Shown here in pieces: positions 10,495-18,885 of a stretch of 64,000 bases of DNA. Both the position numbers and the translations under genes were made by a program. The stretch lies in NCBI GenBank assembly GCA_017645645.1, contig JAGCOB010000012.1, positions 20,597-84,596 on the forward strand, read 5' to 3'. Origin of the DNA: Prevotella sp. (GTDB lineage Bacteria; Bacteroidota; Bacteroidia; Bacteroidales; Bacteroidaceae). Each line of letters opens with the position of its first letter. Position 1 is the stretch's first letter. The notes below the pieces were generated by a model. The model was not told the DNA's origin. It was given only the letters and a program-made list of their open reading frames with translations, and did not search any database.

Positions 10495-11683
10495 GGGTGG
10501 GGTGGATATGTACCATATCACGTAATTCAGGGAGTGTAGTGTCTTTGCACATGAGGACACTACATTCTTGTATGAGATTGGCAGCATGGGCTCCGTAGGC
10601 ATGACAGCCCAGGATACGGCCGTCGGCATCGGAGAAGAGTTTGAGCATACCTTCCGTCTCGTTCATTGCCATGGCCTTGCCGTTGGCGCGCCAGAAGGAC
10701 TTCCTGCACTGGTAATCAATGCCCTGTTCCTTTAACTGGTCTTCCGTAGGTCCTACACATGCAGCCTCAGGCTCAGTAAAGATGGCGGCAGGCATGATGT
10801 CGAAGCGGATGCCGTCGGTCTTTCCAAGGATATCGTTGACGGCACGAACAGCCTGCATCTCAGCGGCATGGGCCAGCATCTGTCTCCCGTTGACATCACC
10901 GATGGCGTAGATGCCCTTAACAGTGGTCTCAAAGTTGTCATTAACAGTGATGCCCTTGCGGACATCATACGCTATGCCTGCCTTGGCAAAATCTTCCTGA
11001 ACACGTGGTTTCCTACCTGTTGCCATCAGAACGATATCGGCATCAATATCTGCGATATTCTCGACAGCAGTCTTCATCTTGAAAGTGATGCCATGTTTCT
11101 CTAACAACTTACGTAAGCGCTTGGCGATATCACTATCCAGGGCAGGAAGACATTCCTTGAGATACTCAATTACCGTCACCTCGGAGCCGAAGCGGTTGAA
11201 TACGCTGGCGAACTCCATACCGATGACACCGGCACCGATGATAGTCAGACGTTTGGGCAGGGTGTCGAGGTTCAGTAAACCTGTAGAATCAACAACCCTT
11301 GGATCGTCACGACCGGCTATGGGCAACCATTTCGTCTCTGAGCCTGTGGCAATAATGATAGGAGCCTTCCCCACCGCCTCCTTAAGGAGGGGAGTTGTTG
11401 CAAAACTTGCCTTCTCACGCAGCAACGTGATATTAGGATGCGAGAGAATGGTCTCAACACCTTGACGGAGTTGTGGAACCACTGTAGCCATGCGCTCACG
11501 AGCCTCAGCAAAGGTAGCACTATGTACATAGGTCTTGGTAGGAATACATCCTACATTCAGACATGTACCTCCTACGTTATCGCCTTCGAAGATAACTACT
11601 TTCAGTCCTTGCTGGGCTGCATACTCAGCTGCTTTATAGCCTCCTGGACCTGCACCGATGATAATTAAATCAGTTGTTGTCAT
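10463..11683 (-). CDS. lpdA: Dihydrolipoamide dehydrogenase (glycine cleavage L protein)
   Basis: GAGPGGY, GGTCLNVGCIPTK, GAGVIGMEFA, HIHPTLSE; last gene of the gcv cluster. Confidence 0.93.
   Translation of the reverse strand: MTTTDLIIIGAGPGGYKAAEYAAQQGLKVVIFEGDNVGGTCLNVGCIPTKTYVHSATFAEARERMATVVPQLRQGVETILSHPNITLLREKASFATTPLLKEAVGKAPIIIATGSETKWLPIAGRDDPRVVDSTGLLNLDTLPKRLTIIGAGVIGMEFASVFNRFGSEVTVIEYLKECLPALDSDIAKRLRKLLEKHGITFKMKTAVENIADIDADIVLMATGRKPRVQEDFAKAGIAYDVRKGITVNDNFETTVKGIYAIGDVNGRQMLAHAAEMQAVRAVNDILGKTDGIRFDIMPAAIFTEPEAACVGPTEDQLKEQGIDYQCRKSFWRANGKAMAMNETEGMLKLFSDADGRILGCHAYGAHAANLIQECSVLMCKDTTLPELRDMVHIHPTLSEILKAAAE
11364..11395. repeat. REP-like palindrome inside lpdA
   Basis: Coding strand ACTCCCCTCCTTAAGGAGGCGGTGGGGAAGGC (TPLLKEAVGKA) with a CCTCCTTAAGGAGG palindrome; resembles the element at 60978-61014. 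Confidence 0.6.
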
Positions 11684-13082
11684 TGATCATCTGTTTATAG
11701 GTGGTTATCGGATGTTTTGCAGCTAGTACATCATCGACTCGTCCGATAGGTGTGTTGTGAGGAGCCGACTTCACCAACTCAGGATCCGTTTTCGCTTCCT
11801 CTGCTATCTTGCGCATGACAGCTATAAAGCCGTCGATGGTATCCTTCGATTCATTTTCTGTCGGCTCAATCATCAGACTCTCATGGAACAACAACGGGAA
11901 ATAAATCGTGGGGGCATGATAGCCATAGTCCAACAACCGTTTGGCGACATCCATCGTGGTAACACCTGTCGACTTATCTTTCAAACCATCGAAAACAAAC
12001 TCATGTTTGCAGAGTCCGTCTATCGGCAACTCATAGACATCCTTCAAAGTCTCCTTGATATAATTAGCATTCAACGTGGCAAGCGGTCCTACCATCTTAA
12101 CATTCTCACGACCTAGGGTGAGGATATAGGCATAGGCACGCATTACCACAGCGAAATTACCACTATTATACGGACTGACGAAAGGTAGGAAAGACTCCAA
12201 TCCTTTACGTACACCCACAGGTCCGCTGCCTGGTCCTCCTCCACCATGAGGTGTGGAGAAGGTCTTATGCAGATTGATGTGCATCACATCAAAACCCATA
12301 TCGCCAGGGCGACAGGCTCCTAACATCGGGTTGAGGTTTGCACCATCGTAATACATCAGTCCACCACAGTCGTGAATCATCTTTGCAATCTTGGGAATAT
12401 CGCGCTCGAAGAGTCCAAGGGTATTGGGGTTAGTCATCATCATGGCGGCGATGGATGGTCCCTCAAGAGATACTAGACGCTCTAGATCGTCTATATCAAC
12501 CAGACCGTCCTTGGTCGACTTCACTTCTAAGATTTCCAAACCGCAGACGGCTGCAGAGGCAGGATTGGTGCCATGAGCCGAATCGGGGACGATGACTTTT
12601 GTACGTGCCTCATCGCCTCTTGACTCATGATAGCCACGAATGACCATCAAGCCCGTCAACTCACCATGAGCACCTGCAAAGGGTTTAAGGGTAAAGTCTG
12701 CGAGTCCTGTCAGTTCGCACAAAGCACGTTTCAGCAGTGTGCATACCGCCATTGCTCCTCGTGTAGTCTCGGTAGGCTGCAAAGGATGCAGGTTGGTGAA
12801 TTGTGGCAGTGCCGCCATTTCCTCATTAATCTTAGGATTATATTTCATCGTACACGAACCCAAAGGATAAAATCCATTATCTACGCCAAAGTTATTAGCC
12901 GAGAGATTCGTATAGTGACGCACCACTGTCATCTCATCACATTCTGGCAGTTGAGCATCCTCTGCACGTCGCAACGTCTGAGGAATCTCATATTCGCCGA
13001 AACGATTCTTAGGTAGGCTGTAGCCCTTTCTTCCTTTCTTCGAGAGTTCGAAAATCAGGTTTCCATATAGTTTATTGTTCAT
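11670..13082 (-). CDS. gcvPB: Glycine dehydrogenase (decarboxylating) subunit 2
   Basis: FYPLGSCTMKYNP, SAHGTNPASA, HINLHKTFSTPHGGGGPGSGP. Confidence 0.96.
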   Translation of the reverse strand: MNNKLYGNLIFELSKKGRKGYSLPKNRFGEYEIPQTLRRAEDAQLPECDEMTVVRHYTNLSANNFGVDNGFYPLGSCTMKYNPKINEEMAALPQFTNLHPLQPTETTRGAMAVCTLLKRALCELTGLADFTLKPFAGAHGELTGLMVIRGYHESRGDEARTKVIVPDSAHGTNPASAAVCGLEILEVKSTKDGLVDIDDLERLVSLEGPSIAAMMMTNPNTLGLFERDIPKIAKMIHDCGGLMYYDGANLNPMLGACRPGDMGFDVMHINLHKTFSTPHGGGGPGSGPVGVRKGLESFLPFVSPYNSGNFAVVMRAYAYILTLGRENVKMVGPLATLNANYIKETLKDVYELPIDGLCKHEFVFDGLKDKSTGVTTMDVAKRLLDYGYHAPTIYFPLLFHESLMIEPTENESKDTIDGFIAVMRKIAEEAKTDPELVKSAPHNTPIGRVDDVLAAKHPITTYKQMINDNN

Positions 13083-14401
13083 AGGGCTACTAACTTTACA
13101 AAATTATCAATTTCTTCCTTGGTGCGCTTCTCGGTGACAGCAAAGATAAAACCGTCCTCATAGCGGACGCCACCCAAGAAACCATTCTCAATAAAACGAT
13201 TGTAGAGCGCATCAGCATCACCATTGTATCTCACATAGAACTCGTTAAAGAACGGTTGATTATAAACCAAATGAAACTGACCCGTCTTCAACAGTTCATC
13301 ACAAAGATAATGAGCACCCGCATACGATAAGTTGGCAACTTCCTTGAGCCCCTCCTTGCCCATCAATGACAGGTAAACAGTCACCCATAATGCCATCAAT
13401 GACTGATTAGAACAAATATTGGAAGTAGCCTTCTGGCGTCGGATATGTTGTTCACGAGCCTGTAATGTCAATACAAAGGCACGTTGGTCACGATTATCCT
13501 TCGTCATACCCACGATACGTCCCGGCATCTTACGGATGAGTTTCTCTGTGCAGCACATATAGCCTACATACGGACCACCGAACTGCATAGGGATACCCAA
13601 CGACTGTCCGTCGCCTACTGCAATGTCTGCTCCCCATTCGTTAGGTGTCTTGAGAACGGCAAGATCGGCAGCCACGCTATTCATTATAAAGAGTCCTTTC
13701 TGCTCATGGATAGCATCGGCAAAACCGCTATAGTCCTCTATGATACCATAGTAGTTGGGGTGTTGCACCATCACGCCAGCAACCTCTCCTTGATGTTGGG
13801 AGAGTAGTTCGTGTAGTTCCTGTAAGTCAGTGACACCCTCTTTCTGATGAATCATCTCTATCTTGATACTATGAAAATGAGCATAGGTCTGTATCACTTT
13901 CAACGTCTTCGGGTCAATGGTCTCACTAATAAGCACCATATTCTGTTTTTTGCCTGCTGCCACTGCCATCATCACAGCCTCAGCAGCAGCCGTCGAACCA
14001 TCGTACATAGAAGCATTGGAGACATCCATGCCCGTCAATTCTGCCATCATCGACTGATATTCAAAGATATAATGTAGCGTACCTTGTGATATCTCCGCCT
14101 GATAAGGTGTATAACTCGTCAGAAACTCTGAACGGCTAAGCAAGTTAGGGATGACGGCAGGTGTATAATGGTCATAGACACCAGCACCGGCAAAGCACAC
14201 GAGTTGTTCGTTCTGAGTGCCTAACTGCTCAAACAATTGACGCACTTCCAATTCGCTCATCTGTTCCGGCAACTGATAGTCACCACGGAAACGAATCTCG
14301 TCAGGCACTTCCGCATAGAGGTCGTCAAGACTCTTAATCCCGACTTTCTCCATCATCGCCTGAAGGTCAGCGTCTGTATGGGGGAAATACTTATAGGTCA
14401 T
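13079..14401 (-). CDS. gcvPA: Glycine dehydrogenase (decarboxylating) subunit 1
   Basis: SYTPYQAEISQG, NASMYDG, LQAREQHIRRQKATSNICSNQ. Confidence 0.96.
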   Translation of the reverse strand: MTYKYFPHTDADLQAMMEKVGIKSLDDLYAEVPDEIRFRGDYQLPEQMSELEVRQLFEQLGTQNEQLVCFAGAGVYDHYTPAVIPNLLSRSEFLTSYTPYQAEISQGTLHYIFEYQSMMAELTGMDVSNASMYDGSTAAAEAVMMAVAAGKKQNMVLISETIDPKTLKVIQTYAHFHSIKIEMIHQKEGVTDLQELHELLSQHQGEVAGVMVQHPNYYGIIEDYSGFADAIHEQKGLFIMNSVAADLAVLKTPNEWGADIAVGDGQSLGIPMQFGGPYVGYMCCTEKLIRKMPGRIVGMTKDNRDQRAFVLTLQAREQHIRRQKATSNICSNQSLMALWVTVYLSLMGKEGLKEVANLSYAGAHYLCDELLKTGQFHLVYNQPFFNEFYVRYNGDADALYNRFIENGFLGGVRYEDGFIFAVTEKRTKEEIDNFVKLVAL

Positions 14402-14438
14402 ATATGGGTTTGATGGGTCTTATGGGGTTAATGGGCGA

Positions 14439-14819
14439 TTACTTCTCACAGAATGCAGTGTATGCCTTGGCATCCATCAGGTTGTCGAGTTCGCTCTTGT
14501 CACTCATCTCCACCTTGATGATCCAGTTGGCGAAGGCATCCTGATTTACTAATTCAGGTTGGTCGTCCAATGCCTCGTTCACCTCTACGACAGTACCGCT
14601 GACAGGAGAGATCAGGTCGCTGGCAGCTTTCACACTCTCTACGGCACCGAACTCCTCACCTGCCGTTACTTCGTCATCTATATCCGGCATGTCCACATAC
14701 ACCACATTACCCAATGCGTTCTGTGCATAGTCGGTGATACCGATGAAACCAACGTTGCCTTCTACTTTCACATACTCATGCGACTCACTATAATAGAGTC
14801 CTTCAATTACTTTTGCCAT
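14439..14819 (-). CDS. gcvH: Glycine cleavage system H protein
   Basis: GITDYAQNALG and lipoyl-lysine motif VESVKAASD. Confidence 0.97.
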   Translation of the reverse strand: MAKVIEGLYYSESHEYVKVEGNVGFIGITDYAQNALGNVVYVDMPDIDDEVTAGEEFGAVESVKAASDLISPVSGTVVEVNEALDDQPELVNQDAFANWIIKVEMSDKSELDNLMDAKAYTAFCEK

Positions 14820-14824
14820 AATAT

Positions 14825-15931
14825 TTATTTTTTATAGTTTTTGTTATAGAATTGTTTTTTGACCACCTTGCCAGGGAATACCTTCTTGCGGATTTGTATC
14901 TGTACCTCGGTATCCAGTTTTGCATATTGGGCATCTATCAACGCCATACAGACGCTTTTATCAGTTGAGATAGTGTGATAGCCGGTGGTTACCTCACCGA
15001 TAGATTCACCTTCCATATTCAGTACGGCATAGCCGTGACGCGGTATCGCCTTGTTGTTGAGTTCTATGCCTATGAGTTTCCTGGGAGCACCCTCTGCCTT
15101 CTGCCTGGCAAGTGCCTCCTTGCCGATAAACTCTTCTTTGTCGAGTTTAACGAAGATGCCCAGTCCTGCCATGATGGGTGTGATGTTCTCAGACAGCTCG
15201 TCACCATAGAGTGGCAGTCCCACCTCGAAGCGCAGGGTGTCACGACAACCGAGCCCGCAGGGTTTTACGCCTGCGGCGATGAGCTTATCCCAACATTCGT
15301 TGATGTATTCCGCCGAGGCATAGATCTCAAAACCGTCCTCGCCGGTGTAGCCGGTACGGCTAACTATAAAGCTGTTGACCGTTGGCTGTTGGCTATTGGT
15401 ATTCAATATTTTAAAAGTATAGAATGCCAGTTCCTTGCAGGGGATGCCCAGCACTTCTTCCATCACTTGTTCTGCCTCAGGACCCTGTATGGCAAGTTCA
15501 CCATATTGGTCGCTCTGGTGCTCCAGTTTGATGTCGAAACCCTCTGCCTGTTGTTGTATCCATGCCCAGTCCTTATCAATATTCGAGGCGTTGATGACGA
15601 GGAAAAAACGGTCATCTGCCATCTTATAGACGAGTAGGTCGTCTACCACACCGCCGTGCTCATAGCACATCATGCCGTAGAGAATCTTTCCGTTGGGGAT
15701 GCCTCGTATGTCATTGGTGAAGATGTGGTTGACATAACGTTCCGCATCCTTGCCGCTGACGAGTACTTCGCCCATATGGCTCACGTCGAACACACCGCAA
15801 TGCTGGCGTACTGCCTGGTGCTCGTCTACGATATTTGTATATTGGATTGGCATATCAAAACCACCGAAGGGTGAAATCAGTGCCCCTAAGGCGACATGCT
15901 TCTCATAGAGACAGGTTTTTTTGTTTTCCAT
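14825..15931 (-). CDS. gcvT: Glycine cleavage aminomethyltransferase T
   Basis: FDVSHMGE, SRTGYTGEDGFE, GLGCRDTLRFE. Confidence 0.97.
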   Translation of the reverse strand: MENKKTCLYEKHVALGALISPFGGFDMPIQYTNIVDEHQAVRQHCGVFDVSHMGEVLVSGKDAERYVNHIFTNDIRGIPNGKILYGMMCYEHGGVVDDLLVYKMADDRFFLVINASNIDKDWAWIQQQAEGFDIKLEHQSDQYGELAIQGPEAEQVMEEVLGIPCKELAFYTFKILNTNSQQPTVNSFIVSRTGYTGEDGFEIYASAEYINECWDKLIAAGVKPCGLGCRDTLRFEVGLPLYGDELSENITPIMAGLGIFVKLDKEEFIGKEALARQKAEGAPRKLIGIELNNKAIPRHGYAVLNMEGESIGEVTTGYHTISTDKSVCMALIDAQYAKLDTEVQIQIRKKVFPGKVVKKQFYNKNYKK

Positions 15932-15934
15932 ATT

Positions 15935-16906
15935 TTATTCAGTTAATAAATCTATCAAGTCGGTTTTCATTAAATTCAGGATAATGTCATCAATTCGGTC
16001 AGGCAGGAGGCGACTAATGGCTCCTGCCTCCAAGGGCACGTCTTTCAATTTGTTAAGCAATCCATTATCCAAGTCGCCAACCAAGAAGAAATCACCCATC
16101 AGATTGACACTCTTGATGATGCCGTTCTTCACCTCTATACGAGCCTCTAACCCGCCCACATTCTCGATATGGCGTTTCTTGATGAGGGTATAACGAGGAT
16201 TTTTTCCATAGATAAACTCATCAGAGAGGTATTCCTCTTCTATGTCCTCTATCTTTTGAATATCTTCCTCGCTGAGTATAAACTCTTCCTCACAGAGATG
16301 CTTGTGTACGAAATCCTTAAACTCAGGCAGACTGATGCTTAGGTAGTCTTTTAGAAAAGTGACACGCTGATGTACGCTTTTAATTCCCTTTGACATAAGT
16401 TTTTCCCCAGGAGGTGTGATGGAACCTATCATGTTCAGCATATCCGTATCATAGAGCATAGTACCATGTACGATACTGTGTCCTGGGATTTTGTAGAAGG
16501 CATTACCCGACACCTTGCGATTACCGATCATCACATCGTTACGTCCAGATGGTGAGGCATCTACACCCAATTTCTGGAGCATTAGCACAATCATGTTGAT
16601 GTAGCGGTTGAAGGTGAACCCTACCTGTTCCTCATTGGTAATATAAGAGAACATCACATTGTTCATATCAGCATAGACACATCCTCCACCGCTCTTCCGG
16701 CGGTAGGTCTGGATGTGGTGCTTGCGACAGAAGTTAAGGTTCACCTCATTCTCTATCAGTTGGTTGCGCCCGAAGATAACGCTGGGCTCCACCTGCCACA
16801 TAAAGAAGCTGTCGTCCGCTTTCACGTGTTTTGCCACGTATTCCTCCATTGCCAGATAGAAAGAAAGCCGCCTTACCTCATTGTCAGGGAGTGCTATATA
16901 AACCAT
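15935..16906 (-). CDS. lplA: Lipoate-protein ligase A family protein
   Basis: VIFGRNQ, RRKSGGGCVYAD, GRND...KVSGNA, HGTMLYD. Confidence 0.92.
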   Translation of the reverse strand: MVYIALPDNEVRRLSFYLAMEEYVAKHVKADDSFFMWQVEPSVIFGRNQLIENEVNLNFCRKHHIQTYRRKSGGGCVYADMNNVMFSYITNEEQVGFTFNRYINMIVLMLQKLGVDASPSGRNDVMIGNRKVSGNAFYKIPGHSIVHGTMLYDTDMLNMIGSITPPGEKLMSKGIKSVHQRVTFLKDYLSISLPEFKDFVHKHLCEEEFILSEEDIQKIEDIEEEYLSDEFIYGKNPRYTLIKKRHIENVGGLEARIEVKNGIIKSVNLMGDFFLVGDLDNGLLNKLKDVPLEAGAISRLLPDRIDDIILNLMKTDLIDLLTE

Positions 16907-16950
16907 AGTTATAACGTGATATCGGAGTAATGGGATAACGTAATAACGGA

Positions 16951-18540
16951 TTACTTTTTATCGTAAGCATGAAGGGGATAGTCGATAGTGAAATGCAGTC
17001 CACGGCATTCCTTGCGTTCTAGTGCCCAGCGGGTGATGAGGTAGCCGACATTGATCATGTTACGCAGTTCGCAGATGTCACGGCTTGCCTTGACACGCTT
17101 GAACAGACGCTCTGTTTCCTCGTAGAGCATATCCAAACGGTCCCAGGCGCGGTGCAGGCGAAGGTCAGAACGGACAATACCTACATAGTTGGACATGATC
17201 TGTGCCACCTCCTTGACAGACTGTGTGATGAGTACCTTCTCCTCATTGGTCATCGTACCCTCATCATTCCATTTCGGCACATCGGTATTATACTCATACT
17301 CGTCGATGTGTTGCAAGGAATGTTTGGCAGCGGCATCGGCATAGACGACAGCCTCGATGAGTGAGTTGCTGGCAAGACGGTTACCACCGTGCAGTCCTGT
17401 GCAGGAGCACTCGCCGAGGGCATAGAGCCGTTCGATACTCGACTGTCCGTTGAGATCTACCTTGATACCACCGCACATATAATGGGCAGCAGGACGGACG
17501 GGGATATAGTCGGTAGTGATGTCAATACCCATCGACAGACATTTCTGGTAGATGTTCGGGAAGTGATGACGCGTCTCTTCCGGGTCTTTGTGGGTGACAT
17601 CCAGACAGACATGGTCGATACCGTGTATCTTCATCTCCTTGTCGATGGCACGAGCCACGATGTCACGGGGAGCCAGTGACAAGCGCTCGTCGTATTTTTC
17701 CATGAATGTTTCACCGTTGGGTAGTTTCAAGATACCGCCATAGCCGCGCATCGCCTCCGTAATGAGATAGGCAGGATGCGTCTCGTTGGGATTATGCAGT
17801 ACGGTGGGATGGAATTGTACAAATTCCATGTCTGCCACCGTTCCCTTGGCACGATAGACCATCGCGATACCGTCACCAGTAGCAATGACAGGATTCGAGG
17901 TAGTGAGATAGACGGCACCGCACCCTCCTGTACACATCACCGTAACCTTGGACAGGATGGCGTCTACTTTCTGTGTCTTGGGATTCAGGACATAGGCACC
18001 ATAGCACTGGATATGCGGAGAACGGCGTGTCACACGGACACCCAGATGGTGTTGGGTGATAATCTCGACGGCGAAATGGTTTTCCTTGATATCAATATTG
18101 GGGTGGTTGCGCACTGCCTCCATGAGTCCGCGCTGGATTTCGGCACCGGTATCGTCAGCATGGTGTAGGATACGGAACTCGGAATGACCACCTTCCCGGT
18201 GCAGGTCAAATTGTCCGTCTTCTTTCTTGTCGAAGTTTACACCCCAGTTAACGAGTTCCTGAATCTGTCCTGGTGCATTACGTACCACCAGTTCCACTGC
18301 CTTACGGTCGTTAATATAGTCACCGGCGATGATGGTATCGGCAATATGCTTGTCGAAGGTGTCTGCTTTCATATTGGTGACACTGGCGACACCACCCTGG
18401 GCAAAAGAGGTATTGGCCTCGTCCAATGATGTCTTGCAGATCATACATACCTTACCTTTGTTGGCACGAGCCACCTTCAGGGCATAACTCATACCTGCCA
18501 CGCCTGCTCCTATAACTAGAAAATCATACTTGTAAACCAT
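16951..18540 (-). CDS. nadB: L-aspartate oxidase
   Basis: AQGGVA, REGGHS, FVQFHPT, LITEAMRG, LAPRDIVARAI, HYMCGG, GLHGGNRLASNSL; -7 box at 18561-18568 (minus strand). Confidence 0.96.
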   Translation of the reverse strand: MVYKYDFLVIGAGVAGMSYALKVARANKGKVCMICKTSLDEANTSFAQGGVASVTNMKADTFDKHIADTIIAGDYINDRKAVELVVRNAPGQIQELVNWGVNFDKKEDGQFDLHREGGHSEFRILHHADDTGAEIQRGLMEAVRNHPNIDIKENHFAVEIITQHHLGVRVTRRSPHIQCYGAYVLNPKTQKVDAILSKVTVMCTGGCGAVYLTTSNPVIATGDGIAMVYRAKGTVADMEFVQFHPTVLHNPNETHPAYLITEAMRGYGGILKLPNGETFMEKYDERLSLAPRDIVARAIDKEMKIHGIDHVCLDVTHKDPEETRHHFPNIYQKCLSMGIDITTDYIPVRPAAHYMCGGIKVDLNGQSSIERLYALGECSCTGLHGGNRLASNSLIEAVVYADAAAKHSLQHIDEYEYNTDVPKWNDEGTMTNEEKVLITQSVKEVAQIMSNYVGIVRSDLRLHRAWDRLDMLYEETERLFKRVKASRDICELRNMINVGYLITRWALERKECRGLHFTIDYPLHAYDKK

Positions 18541-18885
18541 AGTAGTAGTAATTTATGTTGCAAAGATACGAAATAATACTGACATACGGAAGCAATTTGG
18601 GAGAAATCATGCTATTTGTCTTATAAATGGGGGAATTATCTTCTATATGTCCATACTGACAATTAAGTGAGTTCCAAACCTTCCATTTTTATTCGTTTTC
18701 TGATAAAATGACAAAAAAAGAGGTAAAATATGAGTTAGCACACGGTTTTTAGGCAAAATTTCACTACCTTTGTCGGCGATTTTTTAGTTATTAACATGAA
18801 AGTATACGGAAACTTCAAGATACTACAGTTGAAACGATTCAAACATTAAACGTATATATGGTATAACGAACAGATAGATAAAGTA

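Noticed and set aside
16907-16950. Glycine riboswitch ahead of the gcv genes
   Set aside because: Gaps upstream of lplA and gcvT are too short and no aptamer pattern was recognised
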